From Leidyana gryllorum EB-2025a (lineage: Eukaryota; Protista; Apicomplexa), in assembly GCA_048772705.1 (NCBI GenBank), contig JBLWGC010000143.1, positions 84,688-148,687 of the forward strand: 64,000 bases of DNA, read 5' to 3'. Positions 1-10,235 of the stretch are shown here, piece after piece (the stretch's first letter is position 1; every line of letters begins with the position of its first letter). The position numbers and the translations under genes were made by a program. The notes beneath the pieces were generated by a model. It was not told the DNA's origin and searched no databases. It saw only the letters and a program-made list of their open reading frames with translations.

Positions 1-108
1 CAACCGATTGTTGTCGAGCCATTAAATCTGAATCAAATTCGAGCCTTCGGTCAACTTCATCCAATTGATATCTCGCAAATTCCTGTCACACCGTTCGGCG
101 AGCCACAG

Positions 109-1206
109 ATGCTGCCCAATGTCCCTCAGGGGCCGCCACCTCCGTCAAGGCCCCAAACTCCCACAATTTATCCCTCTCACGCCGTACAGGAATTGATCTA
201 TCAGGGCGGCTGGCTGGTTCAAGGCGAGCCGGTAGCCGTGCAGGGCCGTCCAGTGACTGTACGGGGCCAGACGCCCGCCTACAGCTCGCATGTGGACGCC
301 TCTGCCATGATCCCTGCGAGACCACAACAGGAAGGCCCGTCCTATCCGGTCTCCCAGCAGTCGATTTCGATCAATGCACAGCAAGAAAGGCGGGCGGCGA
401 ACACTGTGAACCCTTCTGCCGGTCCACAATTACAACAGTTCTCTTTCTCTCTCCCCTCTCACCCTCACAATCAGTGTGTCAATGTAATGCCGCAACAACA
501 CGCGGTCCTGGTGCATTCGCCCCCAATTTCGGGACCAATTCCACGAGTTCTCCCTCCTCAAGTTATACCTTTGATCAATCAAAGTGTACGCTCTCCGGAG
601 GGTACCCCGATGACTGGCCCCCAAACAGCCGAAATCCATAGCGCTGTAGTTGTACAGCAGCAGCCGCCGCCTCAGCAAATGAGTGGGCCACCGCCTGTCG
701 TTCTGGATGTTGATCCCCGCTACGTGGTGGCGCCCCCTCCCGAGGTGCCCGAACCAAGTGGCATGATGTCGATGCCGAGGGCGGCTGGTGTGGAGCCTTC
801 TACCACTTTGGCCCCGAGTTCTGTACCTCGTATGGACGAGAGGCCGGCCCCTCGTTTCTTTTGTGGTGGTGGTTTTCAGCGAAGACTCAGTTCCACGGTC
901 ACCCCTCAAGCGTCGTCTCCTGTGAGATTCCAAAGCGATGTCTCGCCTCCGGTGACTTACGTGACTCAGTACTACACGGAATACACGGAGGAGCAGCAGA
1001 CAGGACACGACGACGGAAATGGCGAAACGACGACTGTGAGTCCAGCTCCACTTGACATGGTGGAGCAAGAAGAAGAAGAGATAGACGAGCAATCCTTCCA
1101 GAGCGTGTCTACTCGTCCACCCTACTACTCACAGCAAGTCGGGAACTTCAACCCGAATGGGTCTTTCAGGAAGGGTGGCTTGCGCCGTGCATGTGCGTAT
1201 TGCTAG
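109..1206 (+). CDS. Pro/Gln-rich low-complexity hypothetical protein
   Basis: 365-aa ORF; P/Q/S-rich, no recognisable domain; ends ...RRACAYC*. May have upstream exons. Confidence 0.6.
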   Translation: MLPNVPQGPPPPSRPQTPTIYPSHAVQELIYQGGWLVQGEPVAVQGRPVTVRGQTPAYSSHVDASAMIPARPQQEGPSYPVSQQSISINAQQERRAANTVNPSAGPQLQQFSFSLPSHPHNQCVNVMPQQHAVLVHSPPISGPIPRVLPPQVIPLINQSVRSPEGTPMTGPQTAEIHSAVVVQQQPPPQQMSGPPPVVLDVDPRYVVAPPPEVPEPSGMMSMPRAAGVEPSTTLAPSSVPRMDERPAPRFFCGGGFQRRLSSTVTPQASSPVRFQSDVSPPVTYVTQYYTEYTEEQQTGHDDGNGETTTVSPAPLDMVEQEEEEIDEQSFQSVSTRPPYYSQQVGNFNPNGSFRKGGLRRACAYC

Positions 1207-1222
1207 TTTTCCATTGGCCGGA

Positions 1223-1843
1223 ATGAGAGTCTACTTTTTGTTATGGCTGGCGTGTGTGATAGGCGAAGATGTGACGATAAGATATGGTGACTTAGAAATT
1301 CGCGAAGAAACGGACGCGTTACTACAGATTGTCGAAAGAATAGGAACGATCAAACGAGGAGTGGCTTTGTTTCGTACTACGTCTGAACTCAGCACCGCAC
1401 TGACCTCCAATCTCAGCTTCGCAAGTGTGGTTGGCCACAATGGAACGCAATATTTCACACGCGTTTTGGCTCAACTGAAGAACGAGATGCGGATTAGCAT
1501 CGCTGCTGTGGATGCCACGCTGCGTATCATCGTTCACGACAAAGATCGCTTCCGACCTCATCTAGCAGCTTTCGGTAAGCTATTGCCGCCGCTCATCGGC
1601 CTGGAGTACGGCTTTTTGTGTGACAACCCATCCGACAACCCCCTCCACGATGAGATCAGACGCGCAGCGCAGGCAGTCATCTCCTTCCTCAACATGAAAC
1701 TTGACATCTTCCAACAAAGCACCAATCAATCAACTTTGCACAAGGATGTCGTTAGAATCCTCGAAGGGCTAAGACGGCCAGCTGAGGCGCTTGCCACACA
1801 CTTCGCGGAGGAAGCGGGCTCAGCAGCCGATGAAGCCGAGTGA
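1223..1843 (+). CDS. Putative secreted helical protein (signal peptide)
   Basis: ATG at 1223 gives MRVYFLLWLACVIG|EDV, a signal-peptide pattern; single exon to TGA 1843. Confidence 0.65.
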   Translation: MRVYFLLWLACVIGEDVTIRYGDLEIREETDALLQIVERIGTIKRGVALFRTTSELSTALTSNLSFASVVGHNGTQYFTRVLAQLKNEMRISIAAVDATLRIIVHDKDRFRPHLAAFGKLLPPLIGLEYGFLCDNPSDNPLHDEIRRAAQAVISFLNMKLDIFQQSTNQSTLHKDVVRILEGLRRPAEALATHFAEEAGSAADEAE

Positions 1844-1880
1844 TACATGCAATGGAACGACGAAAGTTACTCAAAGGTCT

Positions 1881-2592
1881 TCAGTACCATTTGCAGCATT
1901 GATTATTCGCTTTAGCTCGCCGGTAGAACTGCTCACTTGCCTTGGAAAGATCATCCGTCTTTTCCATCAGTGACTCTAGGTGTTCTCCACGTTTCAGCAG
2001 CTGCTCAATATTTCCGATCATTACGTCTCTGATCTGTCAGTCGATGGAAATGTGGAAGAAAGAGCGCTCGCTCACCTCGTTCAGGTCATTCTGGATGCGA
2101 GCCAAGTCGTCGGCTTCAGCAGGATTTTGGAAGGTCGTCAACAAACGGTCTCCCTCCGGAAACTTGAAGGGAGTTGGCGGGTCTTCCGTAAGAGTATCCC
2201 ATTTCTCCGGTGGATATTGCTGCCAGAACCAGAAGATAGACACATCAGCAGCAGCGAGTCGTCGCACTCACCTCTACAAAAGCGGCGAGAGCTCTATTGA
2301 TCAGAACGAACGCAACTCGGGAAGGGTATTCCGGGTCGGTCACCGCCGCGCCCCCAACGCCAGATGAATGAACAAACACATGACAGTTACCGACTTCTTG
2401 GTCGAACTGTATGGTTTGTCTGCAGCCGAACCCCGTGCGGGAGCAGATAAGCCTTGAATGGAAAACAATATGCTCCTTTATGGTTGTCCGTAAGAAGAAG
2501 TTGAAATGCGACAGCTCTAGATGAGAACTTAGCAAAACCGCTTTCTCCTCCTGGGGTTTCACACTGAAGATGAGCAGTGAGACCAGCTTCAT
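1881..2592 (-). CDS. YKT6: Ykt6 longin R-SNARE (3 exons; introns 2220-2271 and 2034-2075)
   Basis: Longin N-terminus MKLVSLLIF...SHFNFFLRTTIKEHIVF...DPEYPSRVAF; SNARE core IQNDLNEIRDVMIGNIEQLLKRGEHLESLMEKTDDLSKASEQFY; lipidation tail NNQCCKWY*, no TM helix. Confidence 0.93.
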
Positions 2593-2616
2593 ATCTTGTG
2601 GGGGCAAAAAAATGAT

Positions 2617-3443
2617 ATGAATGGTCGACTGGCGCTGCTCAGCTTGACTTGGACAATTGTCTGTCTGGTCGCGGCAATAGTCTTAGCCTGTACCTCCTGG
2701 GGGTCATCTAAACCGCCTGCCGGGGAAGGAGCCAATGTCGCCTCAGACTCAAACACTCAGCATCCTCTAAGCCAAAAGCGAGTGGTGACGATAGCTGTTG
2801 ATGACGTAAGCGCTGCTGCTGTGAGTAATCAGATTTTATCCAACAGCTACTGTGTGATCTAACGGAGGACGGCTGGTTGGATTCTGCCGCACCCGAGACT
2901 TTGAAGGAACTCTGCCAAGTTGCCAATGTTGTACCCATCGCAAAGGTGCAGTACTGCCTCCTCCCACTCAACACTGCCTCTCTCTCAGGTGGCAGACGCC
3001 ATCCAAAAACCCAAGGTGGTGGCCATCCTGCAAAAGGCAGGCCTCATCAGTGACTCTCGCATACCCGAGCATGTGAGTCCACCACTGCTCGACCACGACA
3101 CTCATCTTCTTCTGTAGCGAGTGCTTTTCTGCAACTCCGATTTGGGGCGGGTGGCCATTGTCCGCCAACTCAGCCCCGCACTGCACTTCGAAAGTATGTC
3201 ATCGTTCAAAAGCACAGGCAGACTCAACACTCTCTCTCTTCGCAGGCTCGGTCGATGCCGCCAAGGCTCTCGAAGTCCGCAACTTGCCCTTCGTGTACGT
3301 CAACTTGAAGGGAAAGGGAGCACACGAAGCCTACGAGTCCGCTTGTACAGACATCCATGTGGGTACCAACAGATTGCTCTTAATATGTGACGAATGTGAT
3401 CTCGTAGGGTTGCTTCGTCATTTACAAGGCCTTCGTCACCTGA
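2617..3443 (+). CDS. PEX22: PEX22-like peroxisomal membrane anchor (multi-exon; 3' end uncertain)
   Basis: N-terminal TM (LALLSLTWTIVCLVAAIVLA); spliced C-terminal domain IPEHRVLFCNSDLGRVAIVRQLSPALHFE resembles the plant-type PEX22 motif KVLFCST.GR.SFVRQLEP.WHID. Confidence 0.65.
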
Positions 3444-3475
3444 TGTCACCTGATATTAGTCCTAGGCTTTTTTAT

Positions 3476-5071
3476 ATGTCTTCCTACAACAACGTGCGAT
3501 GGCACGGAGGGGCTGTCATCACAAGCGAAGCAGTCGGCCAGGTCCAGCTGGAAGAAGATTCCGTCACACCGAATGATGGAGCAACTCGTTTCCCAATGGT
3601 CTGGGGGAAGGCCTCCAAAGCTGCAACCCCTTCGCAGATACATATCAACGGAGCTAAGCGAGCAGCGGCTCATCTCCGAGCAATGACGGATGAACGAGCT
3701 AAACGCGGAGAACACGTCATGGTCCGAGGACACTTTGGGGCTACCTCGCACTCCAGGACGATCGAGCCCTTTTCCTTCAGCCATGCTGTCAAAACGCCTT
3801 CAGGCCAGCTGATATCGGTTGTGTCCGCTACACAACAACCGCACAGCGCCGCCCCGTTCGGCTCACCCGCCGCAACTACGCGAATTCTACCTCAGCAGAA
3901 CGAGATCGAAGATCCACAACATCAAGCACAAACGCCTCCCCCACCCCAAGTTATGCTGCAGTCACAAACGCAGCCGAGGACTTTCGATCTTCCGCGGACA
4001 CCCGCGGACGCTCAAAAACTGCTACGCGGTGCATCGATGGAATCAAGTAATTTTGCCTCCCCACGCACAGGGCAGACACGGAGACAGGTCGTGCGCGAAA
4101 CCCTCTCAAGGCGCCCCGAAGTTCGGTCCTTGGCCGACGTTCCGCCCCCCTCGACCAATAGAGGCTGTGTGCGCGCTTCGAGCCGGCCGAGCATGGCCAA
4201 CCCCAAGAGAACTGCCGCCATTCCCGTGGATCTGCGCACCCACACTGCTGACATGGTGAAGCAACGAAGTGAGCTGACCACGGCGGGTTCGGGGACTCCT
4301 ATGGCCGGGTCAGGAGCCTCGCCGTTGAGCCTTAACTCGTTATCGAACAGTCTGATCCGCCGACGATCACCCACTACAGCCGGGGGAGGATCGCCTGTAG
4401 CGGCAACATCCAGATCGCACACATTCACTCGATTAAATTCGAACGCGACACGCACACGACCGGACATTGCAACTCAGGGACAGATACGGAGTGCACATAT
4501 TGCTGACGTTGGTACTTTGGGAACGACCGGCGTGAATGCAGAGGTTCCTTCATTTGCTGCGCCAACCACTCTGCGATCTCGTCGGATTGAACAAGAAGTG
4601 GCCAGTGGGACTCGCCCATCAATACGAACGGATGCTCACTTACTGCGTACTCCGCGGGCCAAGTTAAGAGTCCCAGCTGAATCGCCAAAATTGCGTTCCG
4701 GTACCGACAGTATGTCGACAGCGGCGCGGAGCGATGTGGGGATGCGTCGGCCGCAGACCGCAACGGTTGCTGACATGGCGGTGTCTTCCCGGTCGAGTCG
4801 ATTGCGAGCAATTGCTCAGCAAGCATTGAACGGTAATTCGAGCTTACGAATCAGAAGTTTGGGGAGTCCGGCGGCTCGGACCCAGAGTAACGCCGCCAGA
4901 GAGGCGTACGCTAGGGACGGCAACGCACTTCAGCCCAGGCCAGCGACTGGTCCTCTGGTTCGGCACCGTGTGACTAAAATGCCGCCGACAGGGGCACAAG
5001 ATGAGGAGCCAGTGGAAGACGACTGGGACATCACGGCTCCAAGTGTGGGCACCCGACTACAACGGTTATAG
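3476..5071 (+). CDS. Ser/Arg/Thr-rich disordered hypothetical protein
   Basis: Long open frame; ATG 3476 follows AG-GCTTTTTTAT like other gene starts here. Could alternatively be fused to the PEX22-like gene. Confidence 0.6.
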   Translation: MSSYNNVRWHGGAVITSEAVGQVQLEEDSVTPNDGATRFPMVWGKASKAATPSQIHINGAKRAAAHLRAMTDERAKRGEHVMVRGHFGATSHSRTIEPFSFSHAVKTPSGQLISVVSATQQPHSAAPFGSPAATTRILPQQNEIEDPQHQAQTPPPPQVMLQSQTQPRTFDLPRTPADAQKLLRGASMESSNFASPRTGQTRRQVVRETLSRRPEVRSLADVPPPSTNRGCVRASSRPSMANPKRTAAIPVDLRTHTADMVKQRSELTTAGSGTPMAGSGASPLSLNSLSNSLIRRRSPTTAGGGSPVAATSRSHTFTRLNSNATRTRPDIATQGQIRSAHIADVGTLGTTGVNAEVPSFAAPTTLRSRRIEQEVASGTRPSIRTDAHLLRTPRAKLRVPAESPKLRSGTDSMSTAARSDVGMRRPQTATVADMAVSSRSSRLRAIAQQALNGNSSLRIRSLGSPAARTQSNAAREAYARDGNALQPRPATGPLVRHRVTKMPPTGAQDEEPVEDDWDITAPSVGTRLQRL

Positions 5072-5110
5072 GTTTTGGACCGATGAGGGAGCGAGGAAGC
5101 TGGGACGCAT

Positions 5111-5126
5111 TCTCTCTCTCTCTCTC
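5111..5126. repeat. (TC)8 microsatellite
   Basis: tctctctctctctctc. Confidence 0.9.
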
Positions 5127-5393
5127 ACAGAGTCACTCGCGTAGACTAACTACATGGAGTACGAACGAACGACAATGCGGAGCTTTCCTTTCTTTCTTTT
5201 GTGCAACCGTCCGTTCGGTGGTGGGTCTCTTCATATTGAGAGGTTCCAGTTCAATTCTATATCAAGATTATTTGTATTCTTCGGATAATATTCTTCTGTG
5301 CGTTAGCGGAGAAGTTGGTTTGTTGCTTCTTTCCCTCGTTGCCGTTGTGGTGCGCCAGTGCGTCGTGTCACGAAGTGTGTCGTATGAATTAGG

Positions 5394-5716
5394 CACATTG
5401 TAATTGCAAAGTATCCAGCGGCTCTGAACGACGAATATACGTTTAGAGACTTGGATGAAATGCTAATCGGTCCGGTCGTTGGAGTCGAAAGTCAGACATT
5501 CATGTTATCCTCCTTAGGGAGGTCCAGAGAGCGAAAGTCGAGTATGCCTGCCTACTCTTTTTAGTAGCCAAGCTCCCAGCCTTGATGTTAGCGTTGGCTG
5601 CTCATTGGAGGCGGGAGTTCGGGTTGTGTGCGCGCCCCATCACCCCCACTCGCGTTCCATCATCACTTTGGCGAAAGGTTACAATTCCTACAATGTGGCA
5701 CTCACCCTGCAATTAC
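5394..5716 (+). ncRNA. Candidate structured ncRNA (~320 nt), family unassigned
   Basis: Closing helix GTAATTGCA(5400-5408)/TGCAATTAC(5708-5716) plus several internal hairpins with G-U pairs; no credible coding exon found. Confidence 0.4.
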
Positions 5717-5728
5717 TGGCTTTCGTGA

Positions 5729-7014
5729 TCAAATAACATTGGGTAGGGCCCCCCCTGCTGCGGGTGCCCCAGCTATAGACTGATCAGTGGTCGGACAAAC
5801 TGTAGCGGTGGTGCCCATTCTGGTGAGAGGCGGGGTCGGCCGCAGAGGTCGCTGTCCTGCAACTAAGAGAAACTTTCCAGCATGGCGAGCGACGGGCAGC
5901 GAGCTCATTGCGCTCTCACCTGAATTGAGGAAGACATTGCTCGTTGTTCCGCCCTCAAGCAGGCCTCTTTTTCCTCGTCGTCTTCTCTTCTTCACAGGTT
6001 TTCGAACAGGGAGCATCGCTCCGTTCGAAGGGGGCGGTACCGAAGATGGGGTGTGTGTGTAAAGACCAGGTGGTGTCAAGCTATGGGAAGGGTGGATAGT
6101 CGAAGGAGGCTGAACAGTTGGCGTCAAGTGCGTTGGGACAATGTCCTCGGCTTCGCGACAGGCACGATTCAAGAGAGAGTACATATCGGACTTGTCAAAG
6201 GGGTCCTCCAGGAAGCTATTCCCCAGCGTTCCTGGAGGCAACATCTTTACCACCATAGGCACGTATAGGTACTTCTTGAGTTGCTCTACCGCGGCGGTTG
6301 AAAAAAGACCGGGAGCATCATCAACAATAGACGATACAAAATTGTTCACCGACATCTCGGCCTGAACGGCTGCCTGCCGGAGTCGTTCACAACTGCTCGG
6401 ACCCGCGGCCTCCATGACTCTGAGTCCGGCGACCAAACTGGGATGGACGGTCGTCTCTAGCCTTAATAGTGACCATCGGAGTCGCTTCCAACTAGTGCGC
6501 ACACCCGGTCCTCCGATCGCCTCTGCCTGTTCAAGTATGTCTCCAGTGATATGGCGGAGGGCGGTCTTCACTAACGCGTCATCTCGCATCCCGAGGCCCC
6601 TTGTTCGTTCTGCGAAAATCCAAACCCACTGCTGGGAGTTCTCTTTCGCGTCGAGTAGAAATGGGAGATTAAATGGAACATAGTTGTCCTCCACCTGGCG
6701 AACTGTCTTTTGGATGTTAACCAAGAAACTTTCGGCCATTTGGCATATGTCATGCAGAGTCTCCTGAAGCTGCGCTTGTTGGCCTTCTGGAGCGACAGAC
6801 TGAAACGTCACGAAATCAACAACGAGACTTCACCTGCGACCACATTCTTGGTCTCATGCTGAGTTTCGCCGCCAACATCAGCCTCTTCCAGATCAGAGAG
6901 GACGGGCGTAGGGCTGTCGTCCTCTTCGACCTCCCCAATACTTCTGGGGTCACTTGGCTTGAATTCCGCCCTCAGCCCACTTTCTGCCAAGGGTGACGGC
7001 GACTCTGCCTTCAT
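5729..7014 (-). CDS. Hypothetical protein (acidic N-terminus, helical core, basic NLS-like KKRRRRGKR)
   Basis: ATG 7014 (MKAESPSP); short GT-AG intron near 6790-6833 joins the 360-aa frame. Confidence 0.6.
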
Positions 7015-7072
7015 GAACCAGCTACCCAAAAAAGAAAGTGTGTTTTTCCATTGTCATTCCTCATATACATCC

Positions 7073-9395
7073 TCAAATCTTTCCATTCACTCGCAGAAAG
7101 TACCTGAACAATCCACTCCACCAAACGTAAATCTCACATCCTTACCTCCGGGAGGCATCATAATATGCCAACGGTGTTAAACCAATCTCCGTGCTGTCCT
7201 CATTCGGATGCAATTTCTCAAATAGCAGTCGACAAGCCATCTCGTACTCGTGATTCTTCTTTTTCTCCATAATCTCCTCAATGTCCAACTCTACTCAGCA
7301 GCAAGTGTGTTTGCGTTTGCGTGTGCGTTTGCGTGCCAGCCAGCGACCGAGCGAGCGAACGGGGGGGGGCACAAGCAAGAATCCTGACGTACCTGGAAGC
7401 TTGAACTCCTGAACATATTTACTCAATGTATCACGCGACCATTCCTTGAATGGACATCCGTGGTACTCGCCAGCCTTGGGTGGCTGCAGGTCGACAATGA
7501 TCACAGCCACGCCATCCACAAATACACTCACTGGCGCCGCACTTCCTATGATCCGTGCACACGAGTATCCCGTTCTCGCTTCCCGTCGACCCTCCAATCC
7601 ATGCAAATGCCGAACCGTATATTTGTGTCTGTGTGCGTGTGCTGGGAGGGCCACTTGGTCACAACACTCACTCCTTATCAAACTTGTCAGCGTCCACCCA
7701 GAGAGCGCGTAGAACCTGAAGCTGTTCATCGCAGGTCATTCCAGCATCCTTCAAGAACATCCACAATTGCAGACGTCCATGGTGTCGAAGGTGACGGTGT
7801 GTGCTGACGAATGACGCACATAGACACCATCACGATGTGCAACTGACACCTTACGCGAGAGCTCTGTAAGGGTGACGCATACAGAGAGGGAATGAGAATT
7901 GGAGACTGTGTCCCAGATTCACGGGGCTCAGCCTCTCGGGTCTCTCCGTCTCCACTCCCAAGTTTGCCCGGGCGGCCGTGCTGGGATCCACAGATTTCAG
8001 CCTCTCAACTAGTTGGCGCAGTTCGCTGGCTCGAAGAACGCTGTCTATCTTCGTAGACAGGTTCCCACATTCAGCCACCATACCGCGGAGACTTTGGCGA
8101 AGTCTCCCGATGATCAACTTGTCCAAATGCTGACGCAACGCGACATACACCTTTCCTCCTATCACCGAGGATCAACACCGCCCCCCACAATCTCATTACC
8201 CATTAGAGTACATCTTCGGCGTTTCAAAAGGCCGGAAATCTCAGGACAGATCGGCACCTAAGATAAGTCCTTCGCGCCGTGCTCTGCTCACAGGCCCACC
8301 TGTACCACTGTCTCCCCGATCTCAAGCCCGACGGGGTCCGCGTTCTTGAGCTCTTGCGTCACGCGGATCTGCTCAACCGGTGTGCCAAACATCAGTCTCC
8401 GCTGTCTACCAGAGTATACGGCAGGTTTAACGCCGTTATGAGACGCGCAGCTTCCGTCTCCCAGCTTTGCTCAATCCGGGAAGTCAGTATGCTGCTGGGG
8501 ACCTTTGCCCCCTGAGACCACGCGCACAGTCGGAGACTGGCCAGTCGACATTCCTGCTCGACCAACCAGTCCTCTTTGTTACGATTACCCGCGAAACTGC
8601 CAATGCACTCTGTGACACAAGCCAGCCAGTTGGAGAGCGACTTACGCGAGCCGTAGCAACCAATGACTTAGGAGATCTTCATGTACAGATGTCCACATGT
8701 GGCTCGATTTTTGGGGTTGAGAGACTTCTTTGCGCGGAGGAGGAGCTGCTTCCGTCACCGTAGGCGGTGGCACAGCATTGACGGCGGCAGAGTCGACGGG
8801 GGGGGCTACAGATCTGCGCGGGCCTCCTATGGAGGCTCGCTGGCGCTTGCGTAGTATTAAGCCATCCTCGTCCTCGGGGACGGGTTCAGCTTTCACCTTC
8901 GCCTCCACCGGAGGAGCGGTTTCGATTTTGACAACCGCCGGTGAAGGGGTCTGGGACATTAGGGAGACAAAGGGGGGCGGGATGTGTGGATTTTTGGTGT
9001 CAAAGTCGGCATAGGCAGCTCTGATCGGGGAGTAAAGATCACACAGATCGCGGTGACATACTTGAGCAGTGCACCAGCTTCGGCTGGGATGCCTTCATAT
9101 ATTGACCATTGCTCATCAGCGTCGAGAACGTTGTCTGCCTCGATTCTGCGCTGACGGAAAGCTTCATTCAGCCTGATTAAAACTGGGGATCGTCGAGGGA
9201 AGGCATATATATGCCTGAAGACGCACGTATTAAGCGACTCAATGCGAGTTTGGTGACTTCAGTTAACGGAAGATATCCGTTTGTACGCACAACTTGAGCT
9301 AAATCGTCGTCAGCATACAGCGCTAAAGGGACTGAAGGGTTTGCACCAGACGACGTGAAGGGAAGAAATGCTGGAACGAGAACTGCACTCAGCAT
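7073..9395 (-). CDS. PRIM2: DNA primase large subunit (multi-exon)
   Basis: Motifs SHWLLRLA, SFPLCMRH, RHLHGLEG, YSCARI, EYHGCPF, YEMACRLLF, with all four Fe-S-ligating Cys; spliced end RYFLRVNGKI*. Confidence 0.9.
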
Positions 9396-9415
9396 CTTAA
9401 CAATATTTTCTAAAC

Positions 9416-10206
9416 ATGAGCGTAACTAGCAGCAGTGAGAACGCGCCCAAAGCTGGTGTGAATCTCATTGACTTAGACCTCGATTTGGGCGCTTGCGAGT
9501 GAGACTCCGTTACTCTGTCACCCTATCCTACACGCTCTGACAGATTATTATGTCCTCGTCTGGCCTGTTTATGGACTGAACGCGAACGTGCGTCACTAGC
9601 GAAAGATGCCCAACAGCAGCAGCCTGAGACTCTCGATGATGGCACCAAGGGTGGAAGGGGGTGAGTTGTTCTGTATGATCAATTTCAATTTACCTGAACA
9701 CGACAGGGACCTGATGGACTCTGTACCCCATCTGCACTCCCTTCCGGCGTGCTACGCTACCAATGCCGGTGTTGTGAAGCCAGAACGATTCAATCAGTTG
9801 GCCATTGAGACATTGTTCTACGCATTCTATAATATGCCTCGTACTCCAGCCCAGGTGCACGCGGCAGGGGAAGCAATGTCGCGAGGCTGGGCACTGCATC
9901 GCACCCTGAGCAAATGGGTCCATCCGAGTTATCCTGGTGAGAAACAGAGGGAGGGAGAGAGTTGATGTCGGGACGACACGACTATTGATTGTTCCACCAG
10001 TCGTTTTACAATCAGGAGATCCCAACGTTCCCGTGGCTCGGGTGGTATCAAGTGTATGGTTTGACCCAGTCAGCTGGACTGTCAAGTAAGTTGGAACGAA
10101 GCCAGCCGTCTTTGATCATCGACACCGCCTTTGCAGACCGTTTAATGGCCAGTATCCACAGGAGAACGAGCTAATGAGATTGAATGAGATAGAGGGCTAT
10201 TTCTAG
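9416..10206 (+). CDS. CNOT2: CCR4-NOT subunit NOT2 (NOT-box; 5 exons)
   Basis: Spliced LLCPRLACLW...LPACY...FNQLAIETLFYAFYNMPRTPAQVHAAGEAMSRGWALH...WFDPVSW matches the NOT2/3/5 domain. Confidence 0.8.
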
Positions 10207-10235
10207 CGACAAAGAGAACATAGCAGCGTTTTTAT

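Noticed and set aside
1464-1474. ttttggctcaa resembles the 3' part of the dinoflagellate/Perkinsus spliced leader
   Set aside because: Only 11 nt, inside a CDS, lacking the terminal G and the 5' part; expected by chance.
5083-5403. 106-aa ORF with hydrophobic stretch
   Set aside because: Contains a microsatellite and T-rich UTR-like sequence; no motif support.
5488-5670. Minus-strand C box (GTGATGA) and D box (CTGA) with a 4-bp stem, possible C/D snoRNA
   Set aside because: No recognisable rRNA guide or C'/D' boxes, and G-U pairing favours the + strand fold; kept only as an alternative.
9201-9216. Perfect 16-nt palindrome aggcatatatatgcct in PRIM2 intron 1
   Set aside because: Single low-complexity instance; no TIR/TSD evidence for a mobile element.
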